Shown in pieces: positions 41,413 to 49,691 of a stretch of 64,000 bases of DNA. The position numbers and the translations under genes were made by a program. The notes beneath the pieces were generated by a model. That model ran no database searches. It saw only the letters and a program-made list of their open reading frames with translations, and had not been told where the DNA came from. The stretch is from positions 7,713 through 71,712 of the forward strand of contig CANPZO010000002.1 of the NCBI GenBank assembly GCA_947589005.1, read 5' to 3'. This DNA comes from an uncultured Clostridia bacterium (GTDB lineage: Bacteria > Bacillota > Clostridia > UMGS1883). Every line of letters begins with the position of its first letter. The stretch's first letter is position 1.

Positions 41413-41508
41413 GTTGTGAACTAAATATCGCGTTTGTTCAGTGTGTTGTTCGCAAAAGAGCGGTATCAAAATCATGCCGTCTTAAGTATAACTTTTTATG
41501 GCCCCCAA

Positions 41509-42417
41509 TTACCTTTTCACACGTACCACAATATCGCCGGTGTCCGTCTTTATTTCACACTTGCCGCCGGTCACGGACTTTGGCACGCTTACGTGGCCGG
41601 TGTCAGAATCCGCGAAGAAAATCTTATCCGTCAGAAGCTCGCCGCTGACGCCGCCGGTGTCGGTTTCGATATACAGCTCGGCGGCGTCGCAACCGTTGAG
41701 GCCGATATGCCCGGTATCGCTTATAAGCTCGAATTTTCCGGTGCCGACGACATTTTTGAGCGAGATGTCTCCGGTGTCTGTCTCGGCGCGAAGGTCGCCG
41801 CAAGTAACGCTGTCAAGGCTCACTCGTCCGGTGTCGGCGCCGAGTTTCATATTCCCGGCGGAGACGCCGCTTATGACCATCGCGCCGGTGTCAAGCTCAA
41901 TATCGACGCTGCCCCTGACATTCGCCGAACAGCTCACCGCGCCCGTGTCACCGGCGATATTTATACTCTCAAAGGTAAAGCCCCTCGGGAGGTAAACGTT
42001 GCCGGTGTCGGTATTTATGTTCAAAAATTCGTACTCGTTTTGCGGCAGATACACCGTCATCGTCGGCCTTGTGAAGGATATCGAAATAAAGCCGAGCCAC
42101 CCGCGCGAGTCTTTGGTATCAATAATCAAGGCGCCGTCTTTGACCTCCGCGGTGTGCCTGACCTCCTCGTCCTCATAGCAGACGACCCTGCATTTTCCGT
42201 CCTCTGAGGGCAAAAGCTCGAGGTCGGCCGTGTACACGTTTACCGTGATATTTTTGAAATCCCCGCTCGGCTCAAATGTGTTTGTGGCATAATTGACCGT
42301 CCCGAGCCGGGTGATATCCCAGCCGCACAGCGCCAAAGTTATGACGAACAGCACCGCGCTTGCGAGAATTAGCGCCGCGGCGGTAATAAGCCAATTTTTG
42401 ACGGTTTTATTCATCAC
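41509..42417 (-). CDS. DUF4097-family putative adhesin / LiaG-like membrane-anchored beta-helix protein
   Basis: N-terminal TM. Repeated 'DTG.ISL' / 'DTGDI' beta-strand repeats typical of DUF4097. Confidence 0.7.
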   Translation of the reverse strand: MMNKTVKNWLITAAALILASAVLFVITLALCGWDITRLGTVNYATNTFEPSGDFKNITVNVYTADLELLPSEDGKCRVVCYEDEEVRHTAEVKDGALIIDTKDSRGWLGFISISFTRPTMTVYLPQNEYEFLNINTDTGNVYLPRGFTFESINIAGDTGAVSCSANVRGSVDIELDTGAMVISGVSAGNMKLGADTGRVSLDSVTCGDLRAETDTGDISLKNVVGTGKFELISDTGHIGLNGCDAAELYIETDTGGVSGELLTDKIFFADSDTGHVSVPKSVTGGKCEIKTDTGDIVVRVKR

Positions 42418-43013
42418 GACGCCTCCTTTCCGACAAGCATATGCTTAAGCCCGACGGCGGCCTTTTTTGTCAGCCAAATTGCGCCCTTAGTAACGGCAAG
42501 GCATACAAAAAACATAAGTATCGCCGTCCCCGCGCACAAAAGCCCAACCGCGAGCATTGACAAAGCGGTGAGGGCTCTGCCGCGTATCACAAAGTATATC
42601 GCCGAAGCAACTCCGCCGAGCGCCCCGGCGGCGACCGAAACAAAGGCCGCCCAGAACGAGATTATCACCGCCCACACGACGATATACGCCGCTAACACAA
42701 TTGAGATAACGGAAATCAAAAGCGGGAGCCACAGCGGAAAACCGAGTATCAAAAGTACTATGACCCACGGTCTTATCGGGCTTTTCGGCCTTATTTTTTC
42801 TTTTACAAGCCTTGTGATCGGAGTATCCGCCAGGATTTGCGAGACTATATCCTTGACATTTCCGATCTCAGCAACCGCCTCGGCCTCCGACAGCCCGTCC
42901 TCGACGCGGTCGTCGATCATCTCGCCGTAAAACATCAGCCGCTCCTCGACGTCCTCCCGAGGCAGCCCGCGCAAGCCCCGCCGAAGCTGCGCCAAAAATT
43001 CCTGTTTATTCAT
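42414..43013 (-). CDS. DUF1700 (HAAS-domain) membrane protein
   Basis: Start at MNKQEFLAQLRRGL with AAGGAGG RBS. N-terminal DUF1700 then TM helices. Coupled to the PadR gene. Confidence 0.65.
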   Translation of the reverse strand: MNKQEFLAQLRRGLRGLPREDVEERLMFYGEMIDDRVEDGLSEAEAVAEIGNVKDIVSQILADTPITRLVKEKIRPKSPIRPWVIVLLILGFPLWLPLLISVISIVLAAYIVVWAVIISFWAAFVSVAAGALGGVASAIYFVIRGRALTALSMLAVGLLCAGTAILMFFVCLAVTKGAIWLTKKAAVGLKHMLVGKEAS

Positions 43014-43323
43014 TTTCTTCCTCCTTGACAACAAAACGGTAGATGAAAAGAATTTCCTTCCAATCCTCTTTAAATTCCTCGATGCGCCGAAGTCCCGAGT
43101 CGGTAATATGGTAATATTTTCTGAGCCGACCATCATGCTCGGCGCTGTGGACGGTCAACATTCCCGCCGCCTCAAGGCGCTTTAAAATGGTATATAAAGT
43201 CGATTCGGACAGCGAAAGATAGGGCTTCATGTCCTTGATTATTTGATATCCGTAGGAGTCCTTGTCCTTTATCGCCGCCAGCACGCAAACGTCCAAAAGC
43301 CCGCGCTTCAACTGAATATCCAT
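43006..43323 (-). CDS. PadR-family transcriptional regulator
   Basis: 'LDVCVLAAIKDKDSYGYQIIKDMK...STLYTILKRLEAAGML' PadR wHTH. Confidence 0.85.
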   Translation of the reverse strand: MDIQLKRGLLDVCVLAAIKDKDSYGYQIIKDMKPYLSLSESTLYTILKRLEAAGMLTVHSAEHDGRLRKYYHITDSGLRRIEEFKEDWKEILFIYRFVVKEEENE

Positions 43324-43564
43324 ACAATACCTCCTCTCACGGTATACATTGTATCACGAAGTATTCAATTTGTCAATAGGGAAAATGAAAAAATTTAAAC
43401 ATAAAAAACAGATCCCCGGCGAAGGCGAGGATAATTTTATACTAATCTGTGCGGAAGAACTCTCCCCTTTCTTGTCCTTAGTATACATTCGGACGCGAAT
43501 ATTATTGACAGGTCAAACATTTTATGATATAATATATACAAGTAAATATGGAGGATTGATATTC

Positions 43565-46500
43565 ATGAACAGGAAATTTATTTCCGCCGTGTTGTCGGCG
43601 GCGCTGTTTATCGGTGCGTCATACGTTCCGGCGATTGCCGATGGCAAAAGAGCGACGCCTATGGGCGACAGAGTGACGCTCATAGTTGAAACGGAGGGGG
43701 CTCCGCTTTTGGAAACGAAAAACGCCGTCCTTATGGGGGCGTCGGAGTATATGGAAACGGACGAGGCGAAGGAAACGGAGGCGCAAATTTTAAGCGCGCA
43801 GTCGGCGGTAAAGTCCGACATTAAGAAGCGCGTGGGAGCGGACGTCAGCTCCGGCCGCACATACACGAGCGTTTTTAACGGATTCTCGGTAGAGGCTTAC
43901 GAAAGCGATATTGAAAAAATAAGGGCCGTTGACGGCGTAAAAAACGTGTACAAATCGGTAACCTTTGAAGTTCCGCCCGAGCCGGCATCGGGAGGCGAAA
44001 GCGAGCCGGGCTACGGCGCGGCGATGATGAACGCGCAGGCGATGTACGACGCGGGCTTTGACGGTCACGGAAAGGTTATCGCGATCATAGACGCCGCCTT
44101 TGACACGTCCCATGAGTTTTTCGCGTCCGGTGTTGAAGAGCCGGCGCTGACAAAAAGCAAGATACGCGAATTTATCGAAAACAACGAGTTTAACGTCGAT
44201 ATATCGGCAAATCAGGTCTATAGAAGCGAAAAAATTCCGTTCGCGTACGATTACTGTTACGGCGACGCGGACACATACAACGCGTTGGAAACTCACGGCA
44301 ACCACGTCGCGGGTATAGCGGCGGGTAAAAACGGCGTGTTTGAGGGTACAACCTTTTCGGGCGTCGCGCCCGAGGCGCAGCTTGTGCTTATGAAGGCCGG
44401 GTATGATGGCGATGACGGTTCAATGTCTATTGATGTGGTTATTGACGCGCTGGACGACGCGTCAAAGCTTGGTGTGTGCGCCGTGAATCTGAGTCTTGGA
44501 TCAACCATCGCGGAGTATGCTCCTTATGATACGGCCGTGGAAAATATGCGCAAAGCGGGCATCGCGGTCGTATGCTCGGCGGGTAACTCTGACAGATACG
44601 AGGAAACGACTGATAATCCCGACTACATATACAACAACGTACCGGCGTCGGTCTCCGCGTCAACGTCGGTCGCGTCGATTGACCCGAATAAAAAGTGGGT
44701 CTTCACCGGAGGCTTTACGCTGGGCGGCGGTGAAAGATTGAGTACGCCTCTGTACAGCAAGCTGTTTTTTGAAAAATTTGCGGATAAGTACCACGATTAT
44801 GTTTGCGGCGATACTCTGGCCGATTTTCAGGCTATGGGCGATATCTCGGGAAAAATAGCGGTGGTTCCGAACGGGACGGACGCGAAAAGCGGCAAACTGC
44901 TTGAAATGGGTGTTGTAGGTATTATAGTCGTGTCGGAAGACGAACAGATCGGGAGAGTAATTACGGCAAGCGATGAGATACCGGGCATAATGGTGAGCAA
45001 AACCGTCGGTGATCGGCTCAGGAGTGCGGAAACCAAGACCATTCAAACCGACAGGACGGAAAACAGGACTATAGAGGAGGACAGCGCATCGGGCATGGCA
45101 TACTATACGAGCTGGGGCACCCAGTCCGACCTTGAGCTTAAGCCTGAAATCACCGCTCCGGGCAGCGATATACTTTCGGCGGGGAATGACGACGAGTACG
45201 TAAACGACAGCGGCACATCCATGGCGTCTCCTCAGATAACGGGCGCGATGGCGCTTATGAGCGGATTTGTCGATACGAAGTGGCCCGACGTAACGGGCGC
45301 GGATAAGGTCGCGCTTATGGAAAATCTGCTGATGAGCTCGGCGGATATTGTGTTCCAGGACGCGGAAAAGACGCTCCCCGAGTCGCCGAGACGGCAGGGC
45401 GCTGGCCTTGCAGACCTTTCGGACGCGCTGACGCTCCCCGTAATACTGAAGGGCGGCACGGGCAAGTCGAAGCTCAGCCTGAGGGACCGGCTTGACGACA
45501 ATATAACGCTTAAATTCACGGCGGAAAATCTGACGGGAGAGGACGTGACATACGACAGTATTAAAATATACGCGTTCACCGACAATTACGAGGAGAGGGA
45601 CGGTGAAAAAATAATCACCGACTCCGTGCCGCTGGAATTTGAGCCCGCCGCCGATAATCCCGAGAGCGTGACAGTGCCCGCGAACGGGGAGAAGGAAATA
45701 ACGCTCAAAATAACCCTCGACAGCGAACAGACAGCCGCCAACAAGGAAATTTTCACAAACGGCTTCTGGGTTGACGGCTATATAGTCCTCTCGTCAAGGG
45801 ACGGCTCGGCGACGGAGGCGAGTATGCCGTACACGGGCTTCTACGGCGACTGGACATCCTTTGACGCTATGACTCCCTCGTATTTCGAGGAGGGCGGCAG
45901 CGATGAAAACGGCGGCTTGATGGCGTCAGACACCGTGCTCGGCACAAATGTGTTTGTTCCCGAGGACGCGCCGGACAGGAGCGAATACGAAAGCGAGGAT
46001 TATGTGGGTCTTTCAAACAGCATTGATCTTTACTATAATATAAATATTCGTATGCTGCGTTCACTGCGCGATGCCACTACAACGGTTAAAAATTCAAACG
46101 GCGATATTATCATTACGGAGCCAGCGTATATGGGACTGTCGCGTAAGGAGGATTATATGGACATTGTTCCGATTGGCGTGGGAGACTTGCCGGACGGCGA
46201 CTACACCGCGATGGTATCGGGTACTCTCGCGTATGAGAGCGAGCGGAGCAGAACGGAGGAAAAGACGTATAAATTCTACGTCGATTCTATTCCGCCAAAG
46301 ATAAAAAATCCGAGAATTTACGAGGAGGACGGAAAAACCTACGCGTCCTTTGAGGCGAGCGACAATCGCTATCTGATGGGCGCCGCGGCGTGTGACGCCA
46401 CCGGCCAAACGGTTACCGAGGCGGTGAAAGCCGAAAAGGAAGCGGAAATAAAAATAGATGTGACCGGCATGGACATGGAAAGCCTTGAGTTTTCCGTCAG

Positions 46501-46855
46501 CGATTACGCGTTTAACGAAAACGTGTTCACAATCGGCACGGTAAGCGCGAAAATCACGGACAGTGTCATAGACGGCGGAAACGTCGCGTTTGTCGCGAGC
46601 GTCACGAATATGTCGGCCGATGCGGACGCGGACATTATAATGGCGCTGTATGACGGCGACGGCAGACTTATCGGCGTGAATATGCAAAACGCTTTTCTCG
46701 AAAGCGGAGAGAAGAAAATGTTCACATTCGATTTTACCGATGTATCGGAGATGGCTGACGCGAGACTGTTTGTCTGGGAGCATGGCAAAATGGCGCCGCT
46801 GGGGGCGGTGGGAACGACTACAGAAAACAAAAATCCATCAGGGGACATCGGTTGA
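43565..46855 (+). CDS. Cell-envelope subtilisin-like serine peptidase (S8; I9 propeptide, PA domain insert, FN3-like, C-terminal recurrent module)
   Basis: RBS GGAGG. Signal peptide. Catalytic triad contexts 'VIAIIDAAFD', 'HGNHVAGIAAG', 'GTSMASPQITGA'. C-terminal 'ALYDGDGRLIGV...LFVWEHGKMAPL'. Confidence 0.85.
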   Translation: MNRKFISAVLSAALFIGASYVPAIADGKRATPMGDRVTLIVETEGAPLLETKNAVLMGASEYMETDEAKETEAQILSAQSAVKSDIKKRVGADVSSGRTYTSVFNGFSVEAYESDIEKIRAVDGVKNVYKSVTFEVPPEPASGGESEPGYGAAMMNAQAMYDAGFDGHGKVIAIIDAAFDTSHEFFASGVEEPALTKSKIREFIENNEFNVDISANQVYRSEKIPFAYDYCYGDADTYNALETHGNHVAGIAAGKNGVFEGTTFSGVAPEAQLVLMKAGYDGDDGSMSIDVVIDALDDASKLGVCAVNLSLGSTIAEYAPYDTAVENMRKAGIAVVCSAGNSDRYEETTDNPDYIYNNVPASVSASTSVASIDPNKKWVFTGGFTLGGGERLSTPLYSKLFFEKFADKYHDYVCGDTLADFQAMGDISGKIAVVPNGTDAKSGKLLEMGVVGIIVVSEDEQIGRVITASDEIPGIMVSKTVGDRLRSAETKTIQTDRTENRTIEEDSASGMAYYTSWGTQSDLELKPEITAPGSDILSAGNDDEYVNDSGTSMASPQITGAMALMSGFVDTKWPDVTGADKVALMENLLMSSADIVFQDAEKTLPESPRRQGAGLADLSDALTLPVILKGGTGKSKLSLRDRLDDNITLKFTAENLTGEDVTYDSIKIYAFTDNYEERDGEKIITDSVPLEFEPAADNPESVTVPANGEKEITLKITLDSEQTAANKEIFTNGFWVDGYIVLSSRDGSATEASMPYTGFYGDWTSFDAMTPSYFEEGGSDENGGLMASDTVLGTNVFVPEDAPDRSEYESEDYVGLSNSIDLYYNINIRMLRSLRDATTTVKNSNGDIIITEPAYMGLSRKEDYMDIVPIGVGDLPDGDYTAMVSGTLAYESERSRTEEKTYKFYVDSIPPKIKNPRIYEEDGKTYASFEASDNRYLMGAAACDATGQTVTEAVKAEKEAEIKIDVTGMDMESLEFSVSDYAFNENVFTIGTVSAKITDSVIDGGNVAFVASVTNMSADADADIIMALYDGDGRLIGVNMQNAFLESGEKKMFTFDFTDVSEMADARLFVWEHGKMAPLGAVGTTTENKNPSGDIG

Positions 46856-47448
46856 CGCGTCAAAAAGGAAAGATGCTGTAAAAGCAGAGTGAGCATAAGC
46901 CGCGTTTTGCCCGTTATCTCGCCAATAAAGCATAAATAATATCCGATGAGAGTGTTATAACAGTTTCCTATACTGTTTCCAAAGGTGTTTTTGTAGTAAA
47001 CACCGGCAATGTCGGCATAAGGTCTCCGCATATCCGACGCAAAAAACTTCACCTGCCGTCAGCTTGCTTTCGGCGCTTTCCACTTTTTACGATGACCTCT
47101 TGCAAATTGAGAATTTCTGTTGTATAATGTTGTATAATTATTAGTAGAGAGCATATTTGTTTCCTCCTGTCTGAGTTTAGGGGTAAATTCATTATACAGG
47201 ATTTTTCCAAATATGCTCTCTCTTTTTTGCTTTTTTGAGAGGTGATTTTGTATAGTATAGAACCGAAATTTAATAAAACCATCGGCAGCGTATATTGGTT
47301 CAACACTGACTTCGTGACCATCGCAGTTCCATACTTTTATGATATCGGTCTTATAGAGCTTCGATGCATAAAAAGATGGAATTTTTATCGTAAGGCGAAT
47401 ATGCCATGACCATTCGTATGCGGTCCGTTTTCCGCGCTTGATAAATCA

Positions 47449-47964
47449 TTAGAAATCCGTTTTCAGCCTTACCAGGCGGCCCAGCACCCGAACCCGACCG
47501 GCGAAGGACTCCCTTGACATTATGGCCTCGTTAAGGCCGTCGCTCAGGCACACGCGGCCGCCGTCGCATCGGAATTGGGCGAACCGCTCCCCGCCGTCCG
47601 CGGCCAGGAGCAGAATGTCCCCGTCCTTCGGCGTCCGGCACGGCCTTACCAGGGCGGAGGCTCCGGGCGTCAGCCCTTGACCGGCCATATTTCCGTCCTT
47701 TATCTCAATCACCAGGCCGTCCATCGCCGAGGGCAGCTCGGCCGCCTCGAAGGGCAGCTTGTCCGCCGCCATCACCGCGCCCTCGGCGGGCAGAAGTGCC
47801 AGCGCCGCAATAAGGCGGGACACGGCCCGCTGTGAGGGCGGAACGTAGCCGTTGGTGAAATTGTCAAAGCCGGCGGGACTCACGCCCATTATTTCGGCCA
47901 GCTCCCTGTCGCTCAGGTCCACGCTGTCCTTGATTTTCTCGATATAGGCCGCGAACGTGTTCAT
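47449..47964 (-). CDS. HTH plus S24(LexA)-like C-terminal domain repressor with apparently substituted catalytic dyad
   Basis: N-terminal HTH 'LSDRELAEIMGVSPAG'. The C-terminus aligns to the LexA/S24 fold, but the GxSM position reads 'DGNMAG' and the Lys position appears to be Arg. Confidence 0.5.
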   Translation of the reverse strand: MNTFAAYIEKIKDSVDLSDRELAEIMGVSPAGFDNFTNGYVPPSQRAVSRLIAALALLPAEGAVMAADKLPFEAAELPSAMDGLVIEIKDGNMAGQGLTPGASALVRPCRTPKDGDILLLAADGGERFAQFRCDGGRVCLSDGLNEAIMSRESFAGRVRVLGRLVRLKTDF

Positions 47965-47968
47965 CCTC

Positions 47969-48298
47969 TCACCTCCGGCTTTCCGCGTAAAGGAGGATGA
48001 GCTCCTCCACGAACTTCCGCTGCTTTTCGTCCATGTCCGCGTACAGGCGCTCCAACGGGCCGCCGCCGCTCTGCCCGAACAAAATGTAGTCGGCGCTTGT
48101 TTCCAGCGTCCGGCACAGCTCTATCAGGGTGCCTACCGACAGGCCGCAGACGCCGCGCTCGATGTTGCTTATGTTTTGACAGTCCATATCCGTTTTTTCG
48201 GCCACATATTCCTGGGTATAACCCTTCGCTCTGCGCGCCGCCTTAACTCGGGCGCCCACCGCCCGGTAATCATAGCCCTGATGCTTCAAAGCAGCCAC
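47969..48298 (-). CDS. Xre-family HTH transcriptional regulator
   Basis: 'VGARVKAARRAKGYTQEYVAEKTDMDCQNISNIERG'. Confidence 0.8.
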   Translation of the reverse strand: MAALKHQGYDYRAVGARVKAARRAKGYTQEYVAEKTDMDCQNISNIERGVCGLSVGTLIELCRTLETSADYILFGQSGGGPLERLYADMDEKQRKFVEELILLYAESRR

Positions 48299-48444
48299 CT
48301 CGTATACTAAGTCTTATACATCTATTATAGTTTTATTATGTGATATTTTTAATGCAGTAGTATTTCTATATATAGAAGTAGTATATCTATATATTACGGG
48401 GAAATTCTGCCGAAACACAAAATAAAAAAATCCCAAAAGAGGGA

Positions 48445-48473
48445 TTGACATTTCGGAAAAATTGTTATATAAT
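48445..48473 (+). promoter_or_regulatory. Consensus sigma-A promoter (TTGACA-17-TATAAT)
   Basis: Hexamers at 48445-48450 and 48468-48473. Confidence 0.7.
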
Positions 48474-48481
48474 ATTGACAG

Positions 48482-48670
48482 ATAAAAGGGAGTAGTTAAC
48501 GCCCTGCGTCGGTTGTCCCGTCAGTACGGTCAAATGACCCGGGACGCCGGTCGAGACACGGAGCCTTTCCGCGCCTCGATAGACGAGACTTTTATTGCGG
48601 TGTGTTCATGCGGGGCGCACCGCAATAAAAGTCTCGTTTTCTCATTGTGGGCGGCCTGTCCAGAAATAAA
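48482..48670 (+). ncRNA. Structured 5' leader with intrinsic terminator; possible yybP-ykoY-like (Mn2+-type) riboswitch
   Basis: Begins 'AAAGGGAGUAG' (resembles the conserved yybP-ykoY 5' segment). 18-bp perfect terminator stem 'gagacttttattgcggtg...caccgcaataaaagtctc' plus U-tract just before the RBS of a cation antiporter. Confidence 0.35.
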
Positions 48671-48682
48671 GGAGGAAAAAAC

Positions 48683-49642
48683 ATGGACATTTTAATCAGC
48701 GTGCTGCTGCTCATCGTGGGCTTTGTCCTGCTGGTAAAGGGGGCCGACCTGTTTGTGGACGGCGCCGTGGGCATCAGCCAAAAGCTCAAGATACCCGCCA
48801 TAGTTATAGGCTTGACCGTGGTTGCCTTTGGCACCAGCGCGCCGGAAACCTCGGTGAGCATATCCGCCGCCGTCGCCGGCGCCAACGGCATCGCCGTGGG
48901 CAACGTCATAGGCTCGAATATGTTCAACCTTTTAGTGGTGACGGGCCTTTCGGCCATTTTTATGTCCCTGCCCGTGTCGGGGAGCATACTGAAGCGGGAC
49001 TACCCCTATATGCTGCTGATAACGGCGGTGCTGCTGGGTATGTTCTTCTTTGTCACCCCCAAGGACCTGAGCCGTGCCGACGGAATAATCCTGCTGGCGC
49101 TTTTCGCCTTTTTCCTGATTTATACCGTTGTCGGGGCGCTTAAGGCGCGTTCCGGCGAGGCCGGGCCCGACGGCGACACGCCGCCGCTGTGGAAAAGCCT
49201 GCTCCTCTCGGCCATCGGAATTGCGGCAATCGTTTTCGGCGGCGATTTGGTAGTGGATCACGCCACCAGGGTCGCCCGTGCCTGCGGCATGAGCGAGGTG
49301 CTGGTGGGCCTGACAATAGTGGCCTTCGGCACCTCCCTGCCCGAGCTGGTCACCAGCGTCGTGGCCTCGAAAAAGGGTGAAAACGACATCGCCATCGGCA
49401 ATGTGGTGGGCTCCAACATCTTCAATATCCTGCTGGTGCTGGGACTTTCCGCCACCATCAACCCTATCGCCGTGGACGGCGACGTCATCATAGACACCGC
49501 CATACTCATAGCCGTCTGCGCGGCCTTTGCCGTGCCCATGTACAGGAACAAAAAGCTGGGCCGGCTGTCCGGCGTGCTGATGGTTCTGACCTACGCGGCC
49601 TATTTGACGTATATCATCATGCGCAATTACGGGATAGTGTAA
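48683..49642 (+). CDS. Ca2+/Na+ antiporter, CaCA (YrbG) family
   Basis: RBS AAGGAGG. Two alpha-repeats 'GTSAPE' and 'GTSLPE'. 10 TM helices. Confidence 0.85.
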   Translation: MDILISVLLLIVGFVLLVKGADLFVDGAVGISQKLKIPAIVIGLTVVAFGTSAPETSVSISAAVAGANGIAVGNVIGSNMFNLLVVTGLSAIFMSLPVSGSILKRDYPYMLLITAVLLGMFFFVTPKDLSRADGIILLALFAFFLIYTVVGALKARSGEAGPDGDTPPLWKSLLLSAIGIAAIVFGGDLVVDHATRVARACGMSEVLVGLTIVAFGTSLPELVTSVVASKKGENDIAIGNVVGSNIFNILLVLGLSATINPIAVDGDVIIDTAILIAVCAAFAVPMYRNKKLGRLSGVLMVLTYAAYLTYIIMRNYGIV

Positions 49643-49691
49643 ACTCTTTCGCGGCGGTCTGTCCGGCGGGAAAAATATCGGGGCGGCGGCC

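Noticed and set aside
41434-42207. 257-aa plus-strand ORF
   Set aside because: It fully overlaps the DUF4097 gene on the opposite strand, which has recognisable repeats and TM topology. There is no RBS.
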